DNA of 58,583 nucleotides from Candidatus Kaiserbacteria bacterium RIFCSPLOWO2_12_FULL_50_10 (GCA_001783515.1 MFMN01000015.1:1-58583); one strand, 5' to 3'. Counted from the stretch's first letter, positions 49,815 to 58,583 are shown. Made by a program: numbers and translations. Notes: generated from the letters alone by a model not told the origin.

Positions 49815-50378
49815 TTACAATCCAAGGCGAGTACGGAGCGCTGCGATACCGCGTCCCTCGCGTGAGGAAATCATGCAGTATTCTTGGTGATGGAATGCTT
49901 GTTTGAATGCACGCTCTGCCTTGATGGTTTCTGATTGGTTGAGCTTGTCCATTTTGTTGTGGACAATAATGAGGGGGAGGTTTTCTTCAGTGGCAACCTC
50001 GAGGAGTTCGCGGTCGAATTTTGTCATGCCGACACTGCCGTCGATAATAAGAACGAGTTGCTGAAGGTGCGGACGCACTTCAGGAGAGGTGAGATACCAG
50101 AGAATGTAGCCACGGATTTTATTCGCCGTTTTTACGGAAGTCTGTGCGTAGCCAAAACCGGGAAGGTCGACAATATATTTTTCAGCATCAACCAAGAAGA
50201 AGTTGATTTCTTGCGTGCGTCCAGGCGTTGCGGAAACCTTTGCTGCCTTTTCATTCAGAAGCGCGTTAATGGTCGAGCTTTTCCCCGCGTTACTACGCCC
50301 CACAAAAGCAATATGTGGAATTTCATCCTCAAGAATTTCATTTGACCCCGTGATGCCTTTTATAAACTGGACTTTCAT
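49815..50378 (-). CDS. engB: Ribosome biogenesis GTPase YihA/EngB
   Basis: GRSNAGKSS, TPGRTQ, DLPGFG, NKMD. Confidence 0.95.
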   Translation of the reverse strand: MKVQFIKGITGSNEILEDEIPHIAFVGRSNAGKSSTINALLNEKAAKVSATPGRTQEINFFLVDAEKYIVDLPGFGYAQTSVKTANKIRGYILWYLTSPEVRPHLQQLVLIIDGSVGMTKFDRELLEVATEENLPLIIVHNKMDKLNQSETIKAERAFKQAFHHQEYCMISSREGRGIAALRTRLGL

Positions 50379-50420
50379 GCTGCAACCATATCACAAAAGC
50401 AACATATGTCACGCTGAACC

Positions 50421-50487
50421 GTGGATTTAACTACTGAGTAATCAAGTACACACAATTTCCCTTTTGTCATTCAGGAGGAATCCAGAG
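50421..50487. repeat. Repeat family A, half element (left flank of GIY-YIG gene)
   Basis: GGATTTAACTACTGAGTAATC...TTTCCCTTTTGTCATTCAGGAGGAATCCAGAG. Confidence 0.9.
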
Positions 50488-50535
50488 CTAAAACAAAATA
50501 CTTAGTCTTTTAAGAAAAAGGAATATACTGCAAGA

Positions 50536-50838
50536 ATGGCATGGAAGAAATACAACTTCTGGGTATATATGATGGCAAGCGGTCGGAACGGTACTATTTA
50601 TGTTGGTGTTACCAACAGTCTCTCACGAAGAGTGCTCGAACACAAACTAAAAGAGAAGAAGGGGTTTACTGAAAAATATGATGTTGCTAATCTCGTGTAT
50701 TCTGAGCACCATACGTATATTATCAATGCAATAGACCGGGAGAAGGAGATAAAAGATCTTTCACGAGCTAAAAAGATAGCGCTCATAGAGGTAGAGAATA
50801 TTTTTTGGAAAGACCAATCAATTGACGAAGGACTCTAG
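50536..50838 (+). CDS. Stand-alone GIY-YIG nuclease (Ssn-like)
   Basis: WVYMMASGRNGTIYVGVTNSLSRRVLEHK, GFTEKY, AIDREKEIK, KIALIE.EN..WKD. Confidence 0.9.
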   Translation: MAWKKYNFWVYMMASGRNGTIYVGVTNSLSRRVLEHKLKEKKGFTEKYDVANLVYSEHHTYIINAIDREKEIKDLSRAKKIALIEVENIFWKDQSIDEGL

Positions 50839-50966
50839 ATTCCTCCTGAATGACAAAAGGGAAAGATAATGCCTTGGATTACTGAGTAGTTAAATCCATA
50901 CCGATTTAACTATGTGTCTCTTTAAAACAGTACCCGTCACGTTTGTCATCCTGACGGGATCCAGGC
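50831..50966. repeat. Repeat family A, full hairpin element (right flank; contains the nuclease stop codon)
   Basis: CTCTAGATTCCTCCTGAATGACAAAAGGG...TAGTTAAATC/GATTTAACTA...TTTGTCATCCTGACGGGATCCAGG. Confidence 0.9.
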
Positions 50967-50967
50967 G

Positions 50968-51978
50968 TCAAAGCACGTATTGTCCATGCTCAAAAATCAC
51001 CACGCCGTCGGCGATGACGCGATCGATGACGGGAAAGACGTCGATATGGTATCGTGCTTTGTATGCTTTAATCCCTGGCTTTTTGTAGATACTATGCTTT
51101 TCACCGATTGAAAAATGCATGCCGAGATTGCGTTCAAAGGCGGTGATGTCGTTCAAGAAGCGTTCGCGAGTAATTGCTCTATTTAATCCAAAGCCAAGCT
51201 CGCGAATAATTGGGCGCTCTTCAAGGCGAACCTTTTCAATAATATCCTTGAACGCTTGTGGTGCATTCTCACCAAATCCAGCAATTTGTCCGTGAGCAAT
51301 ATCGACACGAAACGGCTCGTGTTTTTCTATCTCAAAATTCGTATCGGCAAAAATATCGATGTAGAATGAGCCGTTTATAAGCTCAAGACTTCTTGCCTCG
51401 GTAAACACTTCACCAATAGGGAAAGCACCACCAACGTTTTCCATACCGGTGTAGTCGCCAATGTTGAGGCTTGCTGGTTCGAGTCCTCCACTCACGGAGA
51501 GTGTTGCATTACACGATTCATATCGAAGCTCCTCTGCGCTATCAAGAATATGTTTGAGTCCCTGCCCTGTCTCGCGATACCACGTTTTGTCGTACGCAAG
51601 CGCATCAATATACGTGCCCCATGTCGCTTCAGTATTTCGACCAAGTCGCGCGTGTTCAATCACCTTAATTTTCTTCGCAAAAAGATGGAGCCTAATACGA
51701 AAATCATTGAGTCGAAAGTTCGTCGACTGCACCATGACTACCAAGTCTTGAGGAGAAAGCGTTTCGAACACCGCAAGAATCTCTTCCTTTGATGAGGTGT
51801 CGAAATCAATAGTGGTCGCAGAGGGAAGTGCTGCCTTATACGCATCCGCTACAATCTGCGTGAGTCCCCACTGCGCATCATAAATAATCACCGCTTTGTG
51901 CGAGGCGTCATGCTGCAATGCGCTTGTCAAAATATCTGATACATTTCGCACCGCCCGCTCAGTAAGAGTAAGACTCAT
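50968..51978 (-). CDS. M29/leucyl aminopeptidase-like protein
   Basis: FPIGEVFT, RELGFGLN, ER..GMHFSIG, HIDV. Confidence 0.6.
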   Translation of the reverse strand: MSLTLTERAVRNVSDILTSALQHDASHKAVIIYDAQWGLTQIVADAYKAALPSATTIDFDTSSKEEILAVFETLSPQDLVVMVQSTNFRLNDFRIRLHLFAKKIKVIEHARLGRNTEATWGTYIDALAYDKTWYRETGQGLKHILDSAEELRYESCNATLSVSGGLEPASLNIGDYTGMENVGGAFPIGEVFTEARSLELINGSFYIDIFADTNFEIEKHEPFRVDIAHGQIAGFGENAPQAFKDIIEKVRLEERPIIRELGFGLNRAITRERFLNDITAFERNLGMHFSIGEKHSIYKKPGIKAYKARYHIDVFPVIDRVIADGVVIFEHGQYVL

Positions 51979-52037
51979 ACCTGCACAGTACAAGAAGTAC
52001 GGTGAGAACGCAAACAAAATACGACCAGGGGTCGTAT

Positions 52038-55000
52038 TTAGTTTGGTGAAGATATTCGTGTTGATTGTGAAGTGCTGTGTATGAGTCCGCCAAAAGTCTT
52101 ATTGTTGGTAGTTTCTACCGTTTTGATTCGTCCATCAGGAAGAGTTTCTTGAGTAATGGTGGTGGTGCCGGGTTCTCCTGTGGCGATGGTGGAGCCCACA
52201 TGTTGGAGGCTCGGCAGTTTTTCAAGGTCAAAGACGGGGCCAAAACGCTCATTGAGTCGCTCCAGATTTTGGTGTACGCGCGAGAGAATTTCTTGTGCCT
52301 GTGCAGCGTTTCCTGCTTGCAGAGACTGCTGATATTTCTGCATGTCCACTGCGACTGCGTTGCTAATTTCTTGCGCTTTTGCAAGATCTCGTGCGCTACC
52401 ACCGTGCTCCGCTATGAGCCTCTCTGCATCAGGCGAGAGGTATTCATTGCCAGAAATACCTTGAAGATTGTTTTCGACAGTAGGTACTGTTCCTTCGTTT
52501 TCATACCAATAGGGAGAAGGCTTTTGGCGAAGAGCTTCTTGCATGGCATGCAGGCGATTCGTAAATTCGTTCGGCGCCTCTGGTTCAGTAGCGTTCAGAG
52601 GGATTTGGAATCCGCCAGAGCTGCCCACAACCGTCTCGGGTGCAATTTCTCCTGAAGCAAATTTCTGCTTCAGCGCCTGCGTTGCCGCTTCGTCCTTTTC
52701 AAGGAGGGGATCACTGACTGGGGCGGCACCCCCTGTTTCAGGAGTAGAAAATTTTTGCATGAGTGCATCCATGGCAGCTCCATCTTTTTCGGGGAGAGGG
52801 AATTTGTCATTCAAGGCAAAGGTGTTTGTGCCGCGAATATCTGCGATAGCGTTGCGGACTGTATTGAACGCTTCACTTTGCTCTATGCTTTGAGGCATGG
52901 AGAGCTTCACGCGGGGGAGGTTTTCACTAAGGATACTGCTAAGCGCTGCACCCGCAAACGTGAATCCTGCACCGAGTGCTGCTCCTTCAAGTGCAGCACG
53001 TTTCCGCTGAAGCAATCGCGCTGCGTCAACTTTTTTGTCGCGGCCAGCAAGTACTCCAGAAACTTCTCGGAGGTGCGCTCGCATCGAAGCCTTTAATCCA
53101 GAGTTATGCAGCGCGAGCGTTGTTTCGGCAGTGCCGATTTCAAGGGCGAGCTGTGAGAGCGTGCCGGCGCGAAGCGCGGGAGTGCCCCCGATGTCAACGC
53201 GTTGCTGCATAAGGCGCTTTTGTGTGTAGTCGATACGTGCCGCGAGTCGCTCGGTAAGCGCGGCGACTTTTGTGCGCTGTGCTGCAAGAAGTGCGGGGTC
53301 AGCATTTTGGGACTCTTGCGTGCGGAGCTCCTCATTTGCACGGGTGTATTCATGTGAAAGACGAGAAAGTTTGTCGCGGAGAACCTGCCCGTTGTCGAAT
53401 CCAAATCCTCCTTCGGGAAGTGTGGCTGGAAGAGGAGTGCTTTGCGGCGCTTGCTTTGGCGCCTCGAGCTGCGCGTCGTATTCTGCAAGGCGTTGACTGA
53501 GCACACGCACCTCAGCATCATTGTCCTTTTTGAGCTTTGCGGCAGTGAGACGTTCCTCGACGCCTTTGCGGAGTACGGCGAGATATGCAGGGCTAACGTC
53601 AGGTCCCTTCGGAGCAGCTTCTTTTACAGGAATTTTTTCTCCCATGCGCGCAAGAAGGTCGGCATCGCTTTGCTCGGCGGCCTTGCGTCGCCACCCCGTG
53701 AAGCCTCCGATGCCCGCACCCACAAGAGGAAGTGCGAGGAAGCCGCACATGGTGCCTAGGACGCCTCTTCCTGCGAAACCTGCTGCCATAAGGCCGCCGC
53801 GCTCAACGAAGGCTGAACGTGCAAATCCACGAGAAGCTTCGTCGCCTCGCAAGCTTTCTTCAAGGCTGCGGTTCTTTTCGAGGAAGGTGCCGAGCACTAC
53901 TTCGCGTCGTGCACGAAGCGCCCACTCTGCCGCGAGCCGCTCGAAGGCTGCTTCGTGTTCGGAGCTGAGCGTTTCGGGGAACGTTTTGCGAAGGCTTACA
54001 ATACCATCTTCGATAATAGAGCCGAGCTTGCTGAGCCGCTCTTGCGCGCCGGCTTCGCCGAGTGCTGGTTTTTCACGAATGAGCGCATTGAGTTTTGTAT
54101 TGAGGTCAGGGATGCCGGTGTCATCGGTACTGAAATCGATGCGTCCGTCGGGAAGTACTCCGAAAGCATCTTCTGCGCGAATGCTTTGGGTGAGGGTCGC
54201 GAGGAGTCGTAACTTTTCTTTTTCTTTGCCGCTGTAGGGCGAGCTCCATGCATCGTGGAGTCCTTCTTCGCGTTTTCCAATTTGGTAACTACGGGTTGCG
54301 GTGTGCCAACTGCGACGCACGACACGTTTGAGTTTGCCGAAACGTGTTGCTGCAGGAGTGCGGTCAATCGTAGCGAGATTTTCAAGGTGGCCTGAGACAG
54401 CCTTTGTGTGCACATCTTCGCGTACGAGTGAGGAAAAGCGTTCAAGAACAAGGCGTTGCTGCGACTTGTTTAGATTTTGAAAGCCGGGTGTTTCGCGAAG
54501 GGTTGCGCTATCGACTGAAAAATTCCTAGTAAACGCATCTTCGACATCTTTTGCAAGTTCATGTACGGGCTCGTTTGTGGAAGGAAGTACTTCTGGACGC
54601 GCGGGGGTAGATGGTTTTTCCGAGGCTTCTGTTGCGGAGACTTCGGGCGACTGAGGTGGCGTAGACGGTTCAGAGAGTGGCGCCTCCTCTGAGGAGGCTG
54701 GCTTCTCCATCGGTTCAAGCTTCCAGGTCTTCGGGTCATGCAGGTCTCCTCTTTCTTCAGAGGCTTTTTGGAGCGGCTCAAGTTCCCAGGTGGTAGGGTC
54801 ATTGGGGTCGCCCCTTCCTGCTTTTCTCTCTTCACTATGAGGTAGAGGTGCAGAAGCCTTTTTCTCCATCGGCTCGAGCTTCCACTTTGCTGGATAGCCG
54901 AGCTTTTCTTTTTTTGGTGGGACGGTTGTAGCGGAAGTGGTTACTACGGTTGCGTCAGGTATAGAAGTTACCTCGGCAATCTCGGGCGGCAGCGGTGTCG

Positions 55001-55634
55001 CTGTCTCAGGATGTGACTTCGAGCCTTGTGTAATAATTTTGTCAAAAACCCTGAGTTCCTCTTGGATGCGCCAAGGGACACGCTCCATTTTTTTTGCTCG
55101 AGCAGCAAGTTCTTTGCGCTTCTTTTGTACGGTAGGGAGGAGGCGCTCAAATTCTTGAGGTGATGCCTCAGAAAAGTTTTCAAGTATGGCGAGATACGCA
55201 GAAAAAGAGTCTTTTGTAGGAGCTTCTGCATAGGCAATATCAGCAGCATTGAGTGTATCGATGTAGGGGGTTTTAGAAACCTCGGGAGAGGCGAGGGGTT
55301 TCTCAGCGGGGTTATTTTTTTCCCGTGTTGGTTTCTCATCTACTACCGAGTCAGGCATGCTGGTGTCGCCACGAAGATCTGAAAAAGGATTGATAACTGC
55401 GGAGGTGTCGACATCTTCCATTTCAGCGTGTAGTTCCGTGTGTATCTCCGTGTCGAGAACCGGTTCTGCGGGCAAGGTCTCTTCAGGGGGTGTTGCAGCA
55501 GGAGTTTCCTTCGGGAGGTCTCTGTTTTTAACAAATTTAGGGGAAGGAGAATCTTTGGGGGTATCGTCGGAAAAATCGGGAGACGTATCGCGTCGTCCTT
55601 TCCCGCGAGGCTTTTTTTCAAATCCTTCGTGCAT
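52038..55634 (-). CDS. Large hypothetical protein (disordered N-terminus, central Gly/Ala hydrophobic segments)
   Basis: ~1198-aa ORF; TATACT-N6-ATG start. Confidence 0.75.
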   Translation of the reverse strand: MHEGFEKKPRGKGRRDTSPDFSDDTPKDSPSPKFVKNRDLPKETPAATPPEETLPAEPVLDTEIHTELHAEMEDVDTSAVINPFSDLRGDTSMPDSVVDEKPTREKNNPAEKPLASPEVSKTPYIDTLNAADIAYAEAPTKDSFSAYLAILENFSEASPQEFERLLPTVQKKRKELAARAKKMERVPWRIQEELRVFDKIITQGSKSHPETATPLPPEIAEVTSIPDATVVTTSATTVPPKKEKLGYPAKWKLEPMEKKASAPLPHSEERKAGRGDPNDPTTWELEPLQKASEERGDLHDPKTWKLEPMEKPASSEEAPLSEPSTPPQSPEVSATEASEKPSTPARPEVLPSTNEPVHELAKDVEDAFTRNFSVDSATLRETPGFQNLNKSQQRLVLERFSSLVREDVHTKAVSGHLENLATIDRTPAATRFGKLKRVVRRSWHTATRSYQIGKREEGLHDAWSSPYSGKEKEKLRLLATLTQSIRAEDAFGVLPDGRIDFSTDDTGIPDLNTKLNALIREKPALGEAGAQERLSKLGSIIEDGIVSLRKTFPETLSSEHEAAFERLAAEWALRARREVVLGTFLEKNRSLEESLRGDEASRGFARSAFVERGGLMAAGFAGRGVLGTMCGFLALPLVGAGIGGFTGWRRKAAEQSDADLLARMGEKIPVKEAAPKGPDVSPAYLAVLRKGVEERLTAAKLKKDNDAEVRVLSQRLAEYDAQLEAPKQAPQSTPLPATLPEGGFGFDNGQVLRDKLSRLSHEYTRANEELRTQESQNADPALLAAQRTKVAALTERLAARIDYTQKRLMQQRVDIGGTPALRAGTLSQLALEIGTAETTLALHNSGLKASMRAHLREVSGVLAGRDKKVDAARLLQRKRAALEGAALGAGFTFAGAALSSILSENLPRVKLSMPQSIEQSEAFNTVRNAIADIRGTNTFALNDKFPLPEKDGAAMDALMQKFSTPETGGAAPVSDPLLEKDEAATQALKQKFASGEIAPETVVGSSGGFQIPLNATEPEAPNEFTNRLHAMQEALRQKPSPYWYENEGTVPTVENNLQGISGNEYLSPDAERLIAEHGGSARDLAKAQEISNAVAVDMQKYQQSLQAGNAAQAQEILSRVHQNLERLNERFGPVFDLEKLPSLQHVGSTIATGEPGTTTITQETLPDGRIKTVETTNNKTFGGLIHSTSQSTRISSPN

Positions 55635-55699
55635 ATGCAAAGTATACCACATCACATAAAAAAATTTTGATGAGTGGTGGTATACTGCACACGAAAGCT

Positions 55700-56623
55700 A
55701 TGGATCCGTATACTGGCAACGAAGAACTGGATACGCTCGTAAGAGAACGTATGGATACGCTTGCGCCAGAGGTAAAGCGTGTTTTCGACGATCCTGCAAG
55801 CTCTATTTATATCGAGAGTTTTGCGGCGAGTGCAGGCCTCGACGTTGAGAAAACAGAAGGGCTCAAACACGAAATCATACTCATGATGCTCGGCTTTACC
55901 CCCGCCGACGATTTTTCGTTCGTGCTTATGACTGAGCTTGAAATGCCGCCGCGTCAAGCGTTTGCGGTAGAGCACTGGGTGAAGGGCGTCTTTTTGAAAG
56001 AGGTCATGCCATATCTTGTTTCGTCACAAGGAAGTGCAGTGTCGCCAGAAGCTCCGTCGCCCGTACTGCCCGAAGTTTCGCCTGCACCAGTTGCGGTGTC
56101 CGCACCTGCACCAACGCCAGAACCAGTTGTTCTAGAGCCGCAAGAAGAACCACTGCCCGAGCCAGCGCTTCGTACAGAGCCAGAAGCTGCTCCTGTGTAT
56201 GAGCCCGAGCCAGTGCAGGCGCCTGAAAGAGAAGCTCCACAAGAAGTAGCCCTTGTGGCACCGGTAATTCCTACCTATACTGCGCCAGTCCCCGCTCCAG
56301 TTCCACCACCGTCAGCACCTATGCCGGCGCCACACCCCGTAGCGGCGACTCCTCTGCCGGTAGCGCAACCTGCTGTGACTGTGCCAAAAGTTATGATGGC
56401 CCCGCCGCTTCCCAAAGCAATGACACCATTGCCGATCCCGACAAAACAAATACCGGCAATACCTTCAAGTGCCCCAACACTTGCATCTATGCTGCAGACA
56501 TCATCCACGCCAAAACCCCGCACCATGCTTGAAGACGTAGCACGCGCACGAGGCGCCATTACCCCCGAGGGTATCGCCCGCTACGACCGCCCCCTCGCAC
56601 AAACCCCTTCATATGCAAAATAA
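55700..56623 (+). CDS. Pro/Ala-rich hypothetical protein
   Basis: Helical N-domain followed by a long Pro-rich linker. Confidence 0.7.
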   Translation: MDPYTGNEELDTLVRERMDTLAPEVKRVFDDPASSIYIESFAASAGLDVEKTEGLKHEIILMMLGFTPADDFSFVLMTELEMPPRQAFAVEHWVKGVFLKEVMPYLVSSQGSAVSPEAPSPVLPEVSPAPVAVSAPAPTPEPVVLEPQEEPLPEPALRTEPEAAPVYEPEPVQAPEREAPQEVALVAPVIPTYTAPVPAPVPPPSAPMPAPHPVAATPLPVAQPAVTVPKVMMAPPLPKAMTPLPIPTKQIPAIPSSAPTLASMLQTSSTPKPRTMLEDVARARGAITPEGIARYDRPLAQTPSYAK

Positions 56624-56725
56624 AATCGCCCATGGTAGGCGTTTTTATAAACTTAAATATTTGTCCGCCCAATGGGACGATGTGGGAACTTACATTAGTG
56701 GGCAACTAGTCTAGCGACACGGGTA

Positions 56726-57178
56726 TTATGAAGCCTTACTTTTCTCCTTTAGTGCATGGCTTTGGAGTTCTCGCCACTTCGTATGCTCTGTGGAGACAAA
56801 GAGTTCGGTTCTCTCTCCTAGAAGTTTTAATGCCTCTTTGTCGTCTAGGTCTGTATAGTCTGCAAAACGTCCAATGTATGAATATTTTTCATGGCGGAGA
56901 GATTCGCAGTTTGAGCGGTATGAATTCCATTTATCTCCCCATTTATTAATGTGCTGCAGTCCTTCCAAAATAATGACACAAGCACCAAGGACTGCTGTAA
57001 TAGTAGGGAAAGAAAATGCTGTAACTGGAATAAAAGCAGATAGTGCTATTTCAAGTACTTTTGAACGTTTGAACATTTTCTGCATGTGTCCAGCTTTTGA
57101 GTCGTACCACTTTATTTGCTGCTCGAGTCTTTCGTAGCCTGAGGTAGGCTCGGATTCGACTGCTCCTGGTGTCTTCAT
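56726..57178 (-). CDS. DUF4231 / SLATT-type two-TM protein
   Basis: RLEQQIKWYDSKA, two TM, WNSYRSNCESLRHEKYSY, EHTKW. Confidence 0.8.
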   Translation of the reverse strand: MKTPGAVESEPTSGYERLEQQIKWYDSKAGHMQKMFKRSKVLEIALSAFIPVTAFSFPTITAVLGACVIILEGLQHINKWGDKWNSYRSNCESLRHEKYSYIGRFADYTDLDDKEALKLLGERTELFVSTEHTKWRELQSHALKEKSKAS

Positions 57179-57182
57179 AATG

Positions 57183-57767
57183 CTAAACTCTTACCTTGAT
57201 TTGCTCAGCAATCTCATGCGCCCTTTTTTCAAATGCCATCTCTATGTATTCTTCTGGACTAACTAGAAAATTATCCCACCTTACAAGAATGCAGTAGCGA
57301 TCATTCTCGGTATAGTGACACTTGTTTGGGTCAATGTGGTAATTCTTGTGAAACTCCGCAATTGTTGTTTCGTCATTGACTCTTACGGTGGCTATACCAT
57401 TCCCGCACGACATGCAGATGCCGGAACCTGTATATACTCTTGAGTACATATCAGGTAAAACAATGCCAAGTATTCCATTTCGAGTATTTCCCTCACCATG
57501 ATATAGGGAAGATTGAAGTTCACGCTTAATGTATTTTTGTTCTTCTTGTCCAAGTGTCTCAGCACTTTTGGTGCCAATGAGGTGAATTGTTACTGTTGAA
57601 TCTGCAAGGTAGTCTTCTCTAATTTTCCGCATGATATAGTTCTCATCTTCTGAGTCGATTGGCTCGTTGAGGGATTTGTCTATGATGTCGAGATTTTGAA
57701 TCCCTTGAATGTGTTCCTTGTATGGGGTATCTTCCGTTTTGAAAGAAATGAAGCATTTGCGTGCCAT
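57183..57767 (-). CDS. TIR domain protein (ThsB/MTH538-like)
   Basis: RKCFISF, IMRKIREDYLADSTVTIHLIG, YIKREL(Q)SSL, NGILGI. Confidence 0.85.
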   Translation of the reverse strand: MARKCFISFKTEDTPYKEHIQGIQNLDIIDKSLNEPIDSEDENYIMRKIREDYLADSTVTIHLIGTKSAETLGQEEQKYIKRELQSSLYHGEGNTRNGILGIVLPDMYSRVYTGSGICMSCGNGIATVRVNDETTIAEFHKNYHIDPNKCHYTENDRYCILVRWDNFLVSPEEYIEMAFEKRAHEIAEQIKVRV

Positions 57768-57937
57768 ATATCTGTTTGGTTATTGTTAATCTAGTAGCAG
57801 CACTAATGGTGCCTTATTGCATATCGTACTACTATAAAAAATAAAGTAAAGGCAAAAATCATAGTTGCTCTCCCGCTTGGGTTCCATGCAAACGGAGCGG
57901 AGCGGAGTTTGTAGGGGCGGGGAGTTGCGCTGTTTTA

Positions 57938-58447
57938 CTAGACTGTTTCTGCTGTTGAGGCTGTGATGGGTAGAAGACTTTTGATTTTTACTGCATAGTC
58001 ATCTCCAACAGTAACATGCTCAAGGCGAACACCTATTCGTGCATATAGTTTATTCACAAAAGCATCACGTTCTTGCATTTTCTGACTGTTGTGTGAGCTT
58101 CCGTCTAGTTCTATGGCGAGAGCTATTTTGTTTTCCTGTGCGTCCCAGATGAGATAATCGATGTGTTTTGCTCGTATCTTATTCCACCACGTTTGGTATT
58201 CCTTTCCCGTAGCTGTTACCTCGATAAAGTCCGCAAGGCGCATTTTTGGAAATATCAGATACCGTTTTGTATCGATATGTTCACGAAGTGCTTGTAAAAA
58301 TTGAAGTTCTGAACGTGAAAATATATATAATTTTGCACGGTAGGGTAGTAGTTTCTCTGTTGTCTCATTCATGTTGAGGTGTTTGATTACCAATAAGAGA
58401 GCGGCGATAAGAATCAGCAACGCAAGAACTATATAAATGTTTGTCAT
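57938..58447 (-). CDS. DUF2726 family protein (PD-(D/E)xK-like)
   Basis: N-terminal TM; SELQFL, FPKMRLAD, KHIDY, AIELDGSSH, RD..V. Confidence 0.85.
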   Translation of the reverse strand: MTNIYIVLALLILIAALLLVIKHLNMNETTEKLLPYRAKLYIFSRSELQFLQALREHIDTKRYLIFPKMRLADFIEVTATGKEYQTWWNKIRAKHIDYLIWDAQENKIALAIELDGSSHNSQKMQERDAFVNKLYARIGVRLEHVTVGDDYAVKIKSLLPITASTAETV

Positions 58448-58583
58448 ATGTAATGCTAACTATAGTCTGTAGAAGCAAAATAGGCAATAGGCTATTGTTT
58501 TTGCATGAGTACGCCTACTCTCAAAAAATTAGCAGTGAAGATTCAGGACGAGCGCAAGAAGCGTGGTTTTTCGCAGGAGTCTT

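Noticed and set aside
2671-50966. Family A repeats as a CRISPR array or integron attC sites
   Set aside because: Dispersed rather than arrayed; no cas or intI gene; no RYYYAAC/GTTRRRY ends.
55990-56520. Pro/Ala-rich tract as a nucleotide tandem repeat
   Set aside because: Low complexity at the protein level only; no exact DNA periodicity.
57868-57928. GC-rich hairpin between DUF2726 and TIR as an ncRNA
   Set aside because: Single short stem-loop; cannot be distinguished from a terminator-like element.

Overview
Chromosomal replication-origin region of a small-genome bacterium, most likely Patescibacteria/CPR of Parcubacteria type. The taxonomy is inferred from gene content: compact housekeeping genes, a dispersed monoderm-type T4SS, DUF5667 and DKNYY proteins, and no biosynthetic operons. 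The window holds yidC-rnpA-rpmH-dnaA-oriC-dnaN, four tRNAs (Ser-GCT, Pro-TGG, Arg-TCG, Val-TAC) and ksgA, pcrA/uvrD, comM, rpsO, recJ, rlmB, PBP1A, tyrS, rny and engB. The most notable signals are: (1) a GC-rich three-gene hfaABD/curli-like secretion-pore plus amyloid-type locus (40210-42236) in a lineage thought to lack an outer membrane; (2) a stand-alone GIY-YIG (Ssn-like) nuclease gene bracketed by ~65-bp inverted repeats, whose family recurs at six other intergenic sites as ~135-bp hairpins or half-elements, plus a second related repeat family; (3) two gene-expression architectures, with core genes apparently leaderless and scattered accessory cassettes carrying -35/-10 + boxA-like + Shine-Dalgarno leaders; (4) a parS cluster written into the yraN and recJ reading frames, next to a satellite DnaA-box cluster; (5) a TIR + SLATT(DUF4231) candidate defence pair at the right end. 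All family assignments are by eye from motifs; no searches were run.
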